This document shows positions 41,235-51,800 of a stretch of 64,000 nt of DNA, in pieces. Within the stretch, counting starts at the first letter, position 1. Each line of letters begins with the position of its first letter. The position numbers and the translations under genes are program-made. Source of the DNA: a virus (taxonomy: Duplodnaviria; Caudoviricetes); the IMG/VR virus record IMGVR_UViG_3300035208_002115. One strand, 5' to 3'. Under the pieces are notes generated by a model. It saw only the letters and a program-made list of their open reading frames with translations, did no database searches and was not told the origin of the DNA.

Positions 41235-42722
41235 TTATTCCAAATTCTTAAATAATATGTCTACTTTCTTGGAAACCAGTTCTCTACCCTTCAAAAGTTG
41301 AGATTTTATCGTAGATAGATTTATACCTAAAGCATTAGAAATCTCTTGATATTGCATACAATCAATTTCTCGCATGATTAATACCTTTTTATATTTTTCA
41401 TGTTTTTTAGGTAATGTATAAATGACATTTCGAATTATTTCAGCTTTTTTATCGATTAAAACCTGTTGATTCAAATCATCCTCACCATAATCATATGGTA
41501 TCAAATTTAATAAATTAACTCCGTAGTCTTCGTCATCGTTTGAATTAGAAGAATTATTATCAATAGGCACAACATTTAATCGTTTTTCATCTTTAAATGA
41601 TTTTTTAACGATATTTTCAGCAATTCTATATAACCAAGTATTAAATTGGGACTTCTCTGGGTTGTAGGATTCTATTTTCTCCAAGGCTTGTATGAATGCT
41701 TCATTAGCAAATTCTTGGGCAGATTCAAGGCTTTTTGTATATTTGGCAAGATGCCAACTTAAATTATTAAAATGTTTATTATAATATTTTTTAAAGACGA
41801 TGCCAACTTTATTTTCAAATAACTTCTCACATTTATTCTGAATATTATTTTCTTCAAATAAAGTGAATAATATTTCTATAATTCTATCTGTTTCACGACA
41901 AACCGCACCAGCATCTTTATTCGAAAACATATCCATATATTGATGGAAAACATCCAAAGCATTAACATTAAAATCTAATCCAGACTCTAAAAACTTTTCT
42001 GGTGTTTTTAATGCTTCTATTAAAATTTCGTCTTTTAAATTTATATTTTTACGAATTCGCCTGTCCAACCCAAGTATTTTTTGTCTTTCACCAAGTTTTA
42101 TTTGTCCCTTAGAATCAAACGCTATTAATTTATTTGAAAGACTTCTATAAGATACTTTCTCATTCTTTAATCTTTCTAACGTGTTAGTTTGTCTCTCGAC
42201 AGCTTTTGTAAATAATTTTAATTTATCTGAAATCTGTTCTATTTTTTTAATATATGAAAATTTACTATGTTTAATTCGATGTGATGTGTGACTATTATTA
42301 TATGTTATAAAAGATTTACTATTATTTTCTCTATATAATAGACCCATATTTAATTGAGTTGATATTTTCCCATTGACCGAATCAGATAAAGAAATATATT
42401 CAACATAATCTTCACCATTAATATACAAACCTTTACACATGAAACTTAATTCATACTGACCATCTTCGTAAAATGTAAGTGAATATAACAGTGGATTAAT
42501 ATTATTTTCTTTTAATTTATTTAGAATTAAATCATTAAATACTGGGTGTTGGAAAAGAAGTTTTTTATGGGTTGATTCACATTTGGCTATTTCAGTATCA
42601 CCAAATTTTATATGTAATATTTTTTCCCCATTTTCAACTTCAATGTTTGTTTTTAAGCTATTCAAAATAAATTTTAATTCTCTGGTATTATATACTCCCG
42701 AACGCTCAAATGACTTTCTCAT
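41235..42722 (-). CDS. DUF932-like domain fused to an ECF sigma-70 factor
   Basis: C-terminal sigma regions 2 and 4 (AQEFANEAFI, FNTWLYRIAEN, YQEIS..LGINLSTIKSQL); the N-terminal ~290 aa parallels ORF 43375. Confidence 0.8.
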   Translation of the reverse strand: MRKSFERSGVYNTRELKFILNSLKTNIEVENGEKILHIKFGDTEIAKCESTHKKLLFQHPVFNDLILNKLKENNINPLLYSLTFYEDGQYELSFMCKGLYINGEDYVEYISLSDSVNGKISTQLNMGLLYRENNSKSFITYNNSHTSHRIKHSKFSYIKKIEQISDKLKLFTKAVERQTNTLERLKNEKVSYRSLSNKLIAFDSKGQIKLGERQKILGLDRRIRKNINLKDEILIEALKTPEKFLESGLDFNVNALDVFHQYMDMFSNKDAGAVCRETDRIIEILFTLFEENNIQNKCEKLFENKVGIVFKKYYNKHFNNLSWHLAKYTKSLESAQEFANEAFIQALEKIESYNPEKSQFNTWLYRIAENIVKKSFKDEKRLNVVPIDNNSSNSNDDEDYGVNLLNLIPYDYGEDDLNQQVLIDKKAEIIRNVIYTLPKKHEKYKKVLIMREIDCMQYQEISNALGINLSTIKSQLLKGRELVSKKVDILFKNLE

Positions 42723-43058
42723 ATAGATTACTTTTTAATTTGGCTTTATCTTGTAGTTTGATTTAAATAAATAGTTTGACTTTTTATAAAAATATTTTTA
42801 TTTTATCATAATATTAAAAATTAATAAAAGGTTATCAATTATAAACACAATTATCTATAACATGTTACCATGCTATCAATTTACTAATAAAAAAATAATA
42901 GATTTTATTTCACCAGTGAAACTTGAAATAAAGATACAAGGTTCATACGAACTTTGTCATTAAACTATATATGTCAGTATGGTATCTTAAATAACAGCCT
43001 CATTAGGTTTTAAAGGGTGAAACAATATGTTAATTCTTTAAGATGGTATCTCTTACTC

Positions 43059-43066
43059 CAAAGGTA
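43059..43066 (-). promoter_or_regulatory. Bacteroidota-type -7 promoter TACCTTTG, 340 nt upstream of the sigma fusion
   Basis: caaaggta on the plus strand, next to terminator hairpin 43071-43104. Confidence 0.5.
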
Positions 43067-43121
43067 AAAAAAAATCCGATTCTCACAACAAGAATCGGAT
43101 TTTTAATATTTTTATTTTTTT

Positions 43122-43397
43122 TTATCTTCTTTTTAATCTGTTATACCTTATTAAAATCGGTATAGTCTCTTTAGTACACATCAGTGCATACATAATAAAT
43201 AATAATCCAAAAAAGATAGCTGGCACATTTATAATCCAGTTCTCATATTCACCATTATCAATTGTTACTACCAGTATACAATACATAACACCAAACCCCA
43301 ACCAAAATAGAAAACATATTGATAAATACTTTAAAAAAACTAATATTTTAGATATTATACTCATAATCTTAAAATTATAATTTATCAATAGCTTCAA
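43122..43397 (-). CDS. Two-TM membrane protein
   Basis: Two hydrophobic segments. Confidence 0.55.
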   Translation of the reverse strand: MKLLINYNFKIMSIISKILVFLKYLSICFLFWLGFGVMYCILVVTIDNGEYENWIINVPAIFFGLLFIMYALMCTKETIPILIRYNRLKRR

Positions 43398-44235
43398 TCA
43401 ATCTACGGCATTCTCTTTCGATGGTTGTGGAATCTCTATAAGAATATATCTCAGTAAAAAGGTTGACAATGTGTTTAGCATTCACTATAATATCGAAAGA
43501 GCTTTTAAACAACTCTTTAGGATGATTAAGCAGGTCGATTTCGTGAGTTGTAATATTCATGATTTCAGGTGTGCGAGATTTTAATAATCTTTTATTCAAC
43601 GCCCTGATGCGTAGCATATCAGATGGTTTAATAACTCCATCTTCATCTTCCCGTAGTAGCTCACGATACAAAGACTTCAAAGAAATTGAACTTTGTTCAA
43701 GTTTTTGCAGATGTGCAACCTGTTTCTCGATGATAATATTAAACTCAGGAAGAACATCGATAAACTGATTTAACCTATCTGGTAAAGATTTGTAAAAATG
43801 ACGACCAGATACCGAAGCGTTTTCATTTTCAACTGATATAATAACTGGAACATTATTGGCCTCACGTACAAGTCCGATGTTCATTTGCAATGCTCGTGAT
43901 TTGTCTGATGAATTAACAAGGTTGAACATTTTGTAATAAATATCACCACCAACTTTTACAATACCCCCAATAAGACGTATTTCCTGTGCGCCCCCATTTA
44001 TACGAAAACTATACTTTTCAGGTGAAAAATACCTATTGATGGTCTTAATGATGTTAGTTGCAAATGTTTTGAAATCAAATGACCAATATTTTTCAGATAC
44101 ATCGACAATAGCTAATACACGATGGTCATACGTTGTTTTAACTGTTAAATTTTTATGGAGAATGTCGAATTTGTCTATTTTACCCAATACATCTTCTTGT
44201 ATATACGGGTATTCAACTGTTTTCTTTGTCCTCAT
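43375..44235 (-). CDS. DUF932-like protein, paralog of the N-terminal domain of the sigma fusion
   Basis: NSSDKSRALQMNIGLVRE versus DSVNGKISTQLNMGLLYRE; shared C-terminal helix pattern; TATTTTTG at 44272-44279. Confidence 0.6.
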   Translation of the reverse strand: MRTKKTVEYPYIQEDVLGKIDKFDILHKNLTVKTTYDHRVLAIVDVSEKYWSFDFKTFATNIIKTINRYFSPEKYSFRINGGAQEIRLIGGIVKVGGDIYYKMFNLVNSSDKSRALQMNIGLVREANNVPVIISVENENASVSGRHFYKSLPDRLNQFIDVLPEFNIIIEKQVAHLQKLEQSSISLKSLYRELLREDEDGVIKPSDMLRIRALNKRLLKSRTPEIMNITTHEIDLLNHPKELFKSSFDIIVNAKHIVNLFTEIYSYRDSTTIERECRRLIEAIDKL

Positions 44236-44404
44236 ATTGAATATTTTTAGTGGATACTAATATTATCATCACAAAAATATATCAAATTATTCGAATAAAA
44301 AAATATTACAATACTTTTTATTGAGTATAAGAATTAAAAAACCGCTTATTTAGCGGTTTCAGTTACAATTGTAGGAACTATTATAATCATAAAAGAAAAT
44401 GATG

Positions 44405-45391
44405 TTATTCATCACAAATATCTTTTAATTTTTCTTTTCGTAAATTTAAAAATAAATTATGAATAACTTTTTTTTCCTGAGTAGTTAAATATTCATTTTG
44501 TCTATTTGGGGATTCGTAATTACCAGTAGAAGTAAAATATAAAAGATTATATATGGAACAAATTGCTCCTTTATAACCTTTTATTAAAAATTTATACTGC
44601 ATCAAACCACCCATCTTCACTCTCTGATATTCATATGGCATAGTTATTTTAATTTTCTTATTTCTTATTTTATTTGTTGTGGTATATTGTTTTAAAACTT
44701 TAATTATGTGGCTGACAAAATCCCCCATATCCATATGAAATGCACTATTACAACAATCTCGACAATATTCAGCAATGAATTTCTCGGTTTTATTATTAAA
44801 TTTACGATTTATTTTAGCCGTATAATAATGCATACCCTTAAAGTATTTATCATCTAAATTCATTCCCAAAAATTTCATTAAGTTTTTTAAATCGTTGAGT
44901 TGAAATGCTGTGAAGTGTTCGTTGTTTTATTAAATTGTAAAACTCATTAACTTTATCATCACCAACAATTTCTAATTCATAAATTGGTATCTCAGTATGA
45001 ACACTGATAATATAATATCTTTCAAATTTCTCTTGTAATGTCATCACTTAAAATGTCTTTAAGTTTTTCCTTTCGTTCTCTTATTTTTTTCTTTTTAGAA
45101 TATTCTTTAGAGATTTCAAGGAATCTATTAATATCATCTACTTCAGTATCAATATAGTTATTCAGATGTTTCGAATTCATCACCAAATATTTCTTTAAGT
45201 TTGTCTTTTCGATGTCCAACTTTTATTTTTCGTTTTGTTTCCTCACTAAATGGTTTCATGGACATTGGATATAACGATTCGAAATCCATTTTCATGATAA
45301 TCGATTTATATACTTTATCTGGCGGTGGTAAAAGTCTTATTTGACCACCTTTATAATTTTTTGGGTCGAAAAATGCTTTCTTCTTTTTCAT
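44405..45391 (-). CDS. Array of four overlapping tagged ORFs (45158, 45022, 44850, 44405); 45158 carries PolB motif A-like DFESLYP
   Basis: End RKDKLKEIFGDEF, RKEKLKDILSDD, RFKKLNEIFGNEF, RKEKLKDICDE. Confidence 0.75.
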
Positions 45392-45921
45392 TAAATAAAA
45401 GTTTTTAACCCTTTCTTAATCATTTGAACGAATGCTTCGGCACTACCTTTCGCATCATCAATTGGGTGGTGTGTGTGACGGGTTTTTCTCAAATATTTAA
45501 ATCCTTTGAAATATCTCATATTACCAATCATACCTTGGTATACATTATTCAAATTTGTAGAAGTGTGTCCAAATGGATTTTCATTACAATATTCCCAGAA
45601 ATACCAATCCATCCACTGGAAATCAAAACCATTATTATCAGATAAGAAAAGTGGTCTATCACCTAAGTTTGTTTCTTTAATCCAAGTATAACATTTATCC
45701 ATAGTTTTTTGGGGGTCTGGAAATTTAAGGTGTTCTTCTCTGGTGAATCCAGATACTTTTAAAGATTCTGGTATCCACAACTCAGATATAGGTGCAGTCT
45801 GCCCATAAAAAATTTTATCCAGTTTAAATTCTTTATCTACAAAAACGATACCGAAACATACCATTGAGTGTTTTCCAACTTGGCGACCGTCTGTTTCAAC
45901 GTCAATAACAAAATAACTCAT
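45391..45921 (-). CDS. DEDDh 3'-5' exonuclease (RNase AS/oligoribonuclease-like)
   Basis: IDVETDG, NGFD, HHPIDDA; start at MSYF because TATATTTG lies at 45949-45956. Confidence 0.85.
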   Translation of the reverse strand: MSYFVIDVETDGRQVGKHSMVCFGIVFVDKEFKLDKIFYGQTAPISELWIPESLKVSGFTREEHLKFPDPQKTMDKCYTWIKETNLGDRPLFLSDNNGFDFQWMDWYFWEYCNENPFGHTSTNLNNVYQGMIGNMRYFKGFKYLRKTRHTHHPIDDAKGSAEAFVQMIKKGLKTFI

Positions 45922-45996
45922 GAAAATAAAATTATAATTTTTGTAAAGCAAATATAAATAAAAAGGGGGAGTTTTTAGCTCCCCAGTTATTCTTTT

Positions 45997-46551
45997 TCAA
46001 ACATTTTCTAACAACTTATAAAAAACTATATTGTAGAAATAAAAATAATCTTCGGATAATTTTCGGGCTGCATAATTTATTTTAGTCTTAGTTTTTCGAG
46101 ATATATCAATAAGACCTAATCCAGCACCACCCTTTTCAGTATAACCAACATCATTCAGTACATATTTATAGTATTCATGTAATTGTTCTTCGTTTAGTGA
46201 ATTTATTTTATCAATTTGAAATTTTAATTTTTCAAAATTGACACTATTAATCACATTACCAGTGAATAACATAATACGGCTATCTTGTTTATGTATCGCA
46301 AACACTGGTTCAACCTTTTTATCACATGTTATATCATGGTGTTTAATAACATTCTGTAATAATTCAACTGCCACATAATTCAATTTCTTCTTATCCTTAG
46401 TTTCATAATCCGATAAAGCATTCTCTATCTCATTATATGGTATGTGGGGGTCAGAAAATAATGCATCATTTTCATAGACGAAAACGCCACCATCAATATG
46501 TTCAGTATATAATTCCTTCTTTAAGAATTCCATATGTTTATTGTATTTCAC
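45997..46551 (-). CDS. SiaB-family (DUF6272) GHKL-type protein kinase
   Basis: VELLQNVIKH, TGN, IDKINSL, KGGAGLGLIDISRK. Confidence 0.8.
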   Translation of the reverse strand: MKYNKHMEFLKKELYTEHIDGGVFVYENDALFSDPHIPYNEIENALSDYETKDKKKLNYVAVELLQNVIKHHDITCDKKVEPVFAIHKQDSRIMLFTGNVINSVNFEKLKFQIDKINSLNEEQLHEYYKYVLNDVGYTEKGGAGLGLIDISRKTKTKINYAARKLSEDYFYFYNIVFYKLLENV

Positions 46552-46798
46552 TATTTAATATATTCTTTTTTTCTTATATTCAATATATATTATAATGTTT
46601 TAGTTCCTTTTAGATTTTTTACGTAATTGTAATGATAATGTGAACCAAGTTTTATGAATGTATATATTTTATATGTCAATGTTTGATATTATAAGAGAAA
46701 AAGCGATGATGTTAATCACCAAAAATATACATTCATTAAGTTGTACCTTTTAACAAACTTTGTACATAAATTAGAATATATTTAAAAAAGATTTATTA

Positions 46799-48013
46799 TT
46801 GATGAGAAAACAATTAAAAGAATTTAGAATACTATGTTTTTTACCTGATACATTGAAATATTTAACTGCAACAGATACTATAAATTTTAACGGACAAGAT
46901 TTAAAAACCTCTTATATTGCACATATCATAAATGAAATGATAACTAAGTATACATTTAATGGTGAATATGTGTTTCCTATCTGGTCAAAAATAATGCAGA
47001 GTTTATATGGTAAATTTTATAAAAATTATATCAATTACATAGTTAATACTGGATTCATGCGTGAATTCGAAAAACATAAAATGGGCAATATATCAAAAAG
47101 ATATATGATGGATTTAAATTTTCTTGCAAACTCTAAAATAAAGAGATATCCATTTTATGATATGTTCCTAAGAAGAAAACTTGATGATAAGAATGCCCAT
47201 TACAATTTTACGGATTTAAACCAATCATTAATATTAGAATCCGTTAGAATTAAATTAGTTTCTGATTTATATCGTGTTGATATTGATTCTAAAAAAGCAT
47301 TGGACTATCTCATTGAACTTAAAACCAAAAATATAATAACTGATAATTCTTTTTTAAAAAATCACATATCCATTATGCAATTGATGGAGAGTGATATATT
47401 CTATAAATTTGATGGGTTCGGTAGATTCCATTCTAACTTCACCATCCTAAAAAAAGAACTTAGACATCAATTTATTACAATAGATGGTGAAAATATTTGT
47501 GAAATTGATATTAAAAATTCTCAACCATTATTCCTCGGTGTACTTATTAATGAAGAATATAATTACAATCCACCAAAAAAGTTACAAGATTATATCGATT
47601 TAGTAGAATGCGGTTTGTTGTATGAAGATTTTTTACAGAATTGTGGTGGAAGAATATCCACCAGAGATGAAGTCAAAGTATTTATATTTAAAGTATTATT
47701 TGGTAAAAACAATGAATATTTTAAAGAAAATAAGGTGTTCAAATCGATATACCCAGAGGTTTTCGAATTTGTAAAAAATTATAAAAAGAAAACAGGTTCA
47801 TATAAAAATCTTTCTCATGCTTTGCAGAAAAGAGAAAGTGAATTTATTTATAATAAAGTGGTTAATGAAATATTATTTCGATACCCAGAAATTCATCTTT
47901 TTACTGTACACGATTCCATATCATACCCTCTAATATATAAGGAACAGGTTGACGAAATATTTAATAAATATCGAAATCAACTCTTTATTCAGAAAATATC
48001 TGAGTCAATTTAA
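46799..48013 (+). CDS. Family A polymerase-like palm protein lacking exonuclease domains
   Basis: GRFHSNFT, EIDIKNSQP (motif A), RDEVKVFIFKVLF (motif B-like), LQKRES, TVHDSI (motif C). Confidence 0.7.
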   Translation: MMRKQLKEFRILCFLPDTLKYLTATDTINFNGQDLKTSYIAHIINEMITKYTFNGEYVFPIWSKIMQSLYGKFYKNYINYIVNTGFMREFEKHKMGNISKRYMMDLNFLANSKIKRYPFYDMFLRRKLDDKNAHYNFTDLNQSLILESVRIKLVSDLYRVDIDSKKALDYLIELKTKNIITDNSFLKNHISIMQLMESDIFYKFDGFGRFHSNFTILKKELRHQFITIDGENICEIDIKNSQPLFLGVLINEEYNYNPPKKLQDYIDLVECGLLYEDFLQNCGGRISTRDEVKVFIFKVLFGKNNEYFKENKVFKSIYPEVFEFVKNYKKKTGSYKNLSHALQKRESEFIYNKVVNEILFRYPEIHLFTVHDSISYPLIYKEQVDEIFNKYRNQLFIQKISESI

Positions 48014-48674
48014 ATTTTCTTTGTAATGATATAAATTCGGTTTCCATGAATGAAATAGTTGGAATATTATTAGTGTATTCGAAATAAAAGGCAGTTACCA
48101 TTTCTTTTCTTATATCTATATTAGTATCACGTAAAATTATAACTGAGGTGATGTGTTTATAACATTCCCATTCATTATTTTTTAAATACCCATACATAGC
48201 ATATCCATTTTCGTTATGACATGCTATATCATTTTTTCTCGAAGATTTATGTATATTCCGTATATATGAATCTAATTCATTTAAAAAAATACCATATTTA
48301 ATATCAAAACCTGTACATTTAATGGAATATATGAAATCTCTTAGGTCTGTTAAATTATGACCCAAATTCTTTCCACGACCACTAAATTTTACAAAAACAA
48401 TTGTATCACCATTAATATTTGGGTTGTCAAATTTCAGATGTGATGTCAATATTGGAAAAATATCATTGAAGTATTTTTTTAATTCACCAAAAGATATAAA
48501 CGAACCTTGTGTTTCATGAGTTTTTTTAGTAGTAATTCTAATTCTCCAATAAAATTCAACATACTCTCTAAAGTGTTTTCTGTAAGCACTTTCTTCATTA
48601 AAATAATAATTTTTTTCTTTATTGATTAATTCATTATTAAAGAATCTCAATATAATGGTATCGTAATACATCAT
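47985..48674 (-). CDS. Tagged hypothetical protein (ends RKFKLTQIFSE)
   Basis: ORF track. Confidence 0.65.
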   Translation of the reverse strand: MMYYDTIILRFFNNELINKEKNYYFNEESAYRKHFREYVEFYWRIRITTKKTHETQGSFISFGELKKYFNDIFPILTSHLKFDNPNINGDTIVFVKFSGRGKNLGHNLTDLRDFIYSIKCTGFDIKYGIFLNELDSYIRNIHKSSRKNDIACHNENGYAMYGYLKNNEWECYKHITSVIILRDTNIDIRKEMVTAFYFEYTNNIPTISFMETEFISLQRKFKLTQIFSE

Positions 48675-48802
48675 AAAAATTTAATTCAGCTAAAATAATA
48701 GAATATTTTTATATAAAAAATTAAATATATAAAAAGAAAAAATTTACTGAATTTTAAATTAATATATACAGTAGAAATAAAATAAAAAATAATTAAAATA
48801 CT

Positions 48803-51800
48803 ATGCCAATTAGAGATTTAGGTAAGTACAAAAGACCCGGTATATTCATCGAAGAATTTGATAACTCATTAGTTGAGCTTCCAGTACAGGATGTTTTAAT
48901 CAATCTTGTGCCCGGTTTTTCTCGAAAAGGAACAATAAATAACCCAGTCTATGTCGATAATTCTAACGATTTTGAAAAGATATTTGGAACACTCGATAAA
49001 CAGTTGGAGAATAAAGGTTCTTTTTTCCATAGAACTGCTTTAAAGATGTTAGAAACTGGCCCGATTTGGGCTTTAAACCTATTAAAAACTGATGCCACTC
49101 GTGATAAATTACAATGGAAATCTGTTTCCGTAACCTCACAATATTTTAATGGTTCATTAAATCAATCTCCTTATGAAAGATTTTTTAATCGTCAAGATTT
49201 TTGGAAAAGGGATGATGAATCGTTTCTTGATGTTGTAAATGACACAAGTGACGACCTTGAAAGACTATTACATATTACAAACATGGGTGATAAAACCATT
49301 ACAACATTTATGTTTAAATCCTCAACAAGAGGTTTTGAAGTAACTGCTGAAAACTGGTATGGTGGTCTGATTAATGTTCCAGAATTTATTAACCCAAAAG
49401 ACCTTATATCAGATTATTTAATTTCTGTTTTGGTTGTTGCTGGTGACTGGACAGATTATAACACATTGAGCGTAGATACTACATACAGTAAATATTTTTC
49501 TTCAACTGGTTTGAAAAAAGATAAAGTACAAGATTTTGTAAACAATAGAAACGTTTCAATATTAGCTAATTACGATGTATCTTTAATACCAAACTTCAAA
49601 GATAAGAGTGGTAGAGATATGTACATTAAAAATGTAATAAATAACGACACTGATAAAACTGGTTTATTCTGTGCATATAACGAAGATTTATTGTTAGGTG
49701 CAGATTATCCAGAAGGTAAGATTGATATCATTGGTAATACCTTAGTTGGTGGAGAACAAACTGAAATTGATTTTCTTTCTTATAAAGAAACTTTAAATGA
49801 AGACGTTACTTACCCACAAAAATATCTTGATAGTTCAGGAAATGTTTTTGGTATGGCTAATATAGTAAGTCCTACATCATCTTATAGAACAGATAGTTTT
49901 AATAAATGGACTACTTATGATTTTAATTATGCATCAGCTACATCTGGTGTAACTAATCATACTATTAAATTTGACGTTATAACAGCCGATGCTTATTATG
50001 TAATCACTGGTTCAAAGATAACATTTACAGGTGTTGGTGGTAATTTATATGATACTTTACTTGACCCACTTACAAACACTGAAGTTAGACGTTATGACCA
50101 CCTTTATTTAACATCTGATAATACTCAGGTAAATGTTATTAAGGGTTCTGAAATACTTTCTGGTGATACATCTACTCTACCATTTTATAATGTAAACAAT
50201 GTGGATACTATTCACCTTGGTTATGTTGAAATATTAAATTCGAGTGGTGTGACCACATTAACCTATCATCCAGTAACAGTTGCTGGGTCTGGTTTTGTAC
50301 CAATTACTACTACTGGTATTGGAAGTGGAACAGCAGGTATTTATGTTTCAGATAGTACTGACCCATTAAATACTGGCGATACCTCAATAACAGTTGAATT
50401 TACTGGTACATTAGGTGTTAAAAGTTTAACGAATTATGATGATTTAAGAATCTATAAAATATATGATGACGTTGCTGAAAATATCCAAAGTGGTAAAGCA
50501 GTTATAATTTCAACTGCTGTAAACAGATTTAAATATACAATTGGTGCTAATTATCTTATCACTGACTGGTCAACTACTGAAAATGCTAAAATAAAAATTT
50601 ATGTTGACACAGTAGCTAATTATGTGACTACTGGTAGTTTATTATTATATTTTGTTGATGATGAATTCATATTAGGTAATAATACCAATCAAGCAACTAC
50701 AAGATATGAAATGTTTACTGGTTCAGATACTATTGGTATTGTAGCTAAATACTCATCATTTTATCAAAATTATGTTGATGGTATTATCAATTCTCTGGAT
50801 TATTTCGTAGTAAATAACGTAGACCCAGCTATGTTTGGGGTAACTAAAGTTTATATAAGACCATATTTAAGAAATGGTTTACTAACTGTACAATTTGCAG
50901 GTTCAAAAGAACCAGATTCAGGTTTAATAACAACAGCAAATTGGTCAACGGCAATGCCAACTGGTTACGGTTCAGAATTAATTATATGGTCAAATAGAGG
51001 AAACTATCAACAAACAATTGAGATAGAAGCTTTTACAGGTACTGATTTTTCGAAAATAACTGAAATAAAAATTGATAAAAACCGTTACTCAGAGATAACT
51101 ATCGGTACTTATTTAGAAGGTTATTATGATGAAAATGATGTTGAAATAGCAGGTGGTTCTGAAATGCCAAGAAAAATGGTAAGAATTATAAAAACAGCTA
51201 TTGATTCAGTTGATTCAAGTCTTAAAATTCTTTATGCTGATTCTCCTATAAAGGTTGTTGATAATGATTTGTCAGGTACAACTGACTATATGACAACTGC
51301 ATATCCATCAATTGATGCTTATGTAACAGAATATAAAGGTGTAGCAATACCACCTTTTAGAATTCACCCAGATTCTATACCTAATGGTACTGAAGTTCGT
51401 CAGGAAGAAATTCTTTCTGTAATTGGTAAAAATGCTGATACTTCTTTATCTAAAGGATTGATTAATAAAAATAAAATTGTTTGGAGATATTTAATAGATT
51501 CATTCGGTCTTGGCTTAGTGGATGGTTCTAAACAAGAATTGATGTCGCTTTGTGGCAAAAAATTAAACTGTTTAGGTTTCCTTAATATGCCATCTGCTCG
51601 TATGTTCAGAAAATCTACCAATCCAAGTTTTGTTAATGATGATGGTTCATTGAGTTTAACTTTCGTAAAACAAGGTGGTGATTTGGATAAAAATCCTTCA
51701 TTCTTATATTCATTCGGCCAAGGTGTTGGTGAATCTTGTGTAGGTTATTTCTTCCCATATGTTAATGATACAACATCTGGTGTTGAAAAATCTTCACCAC

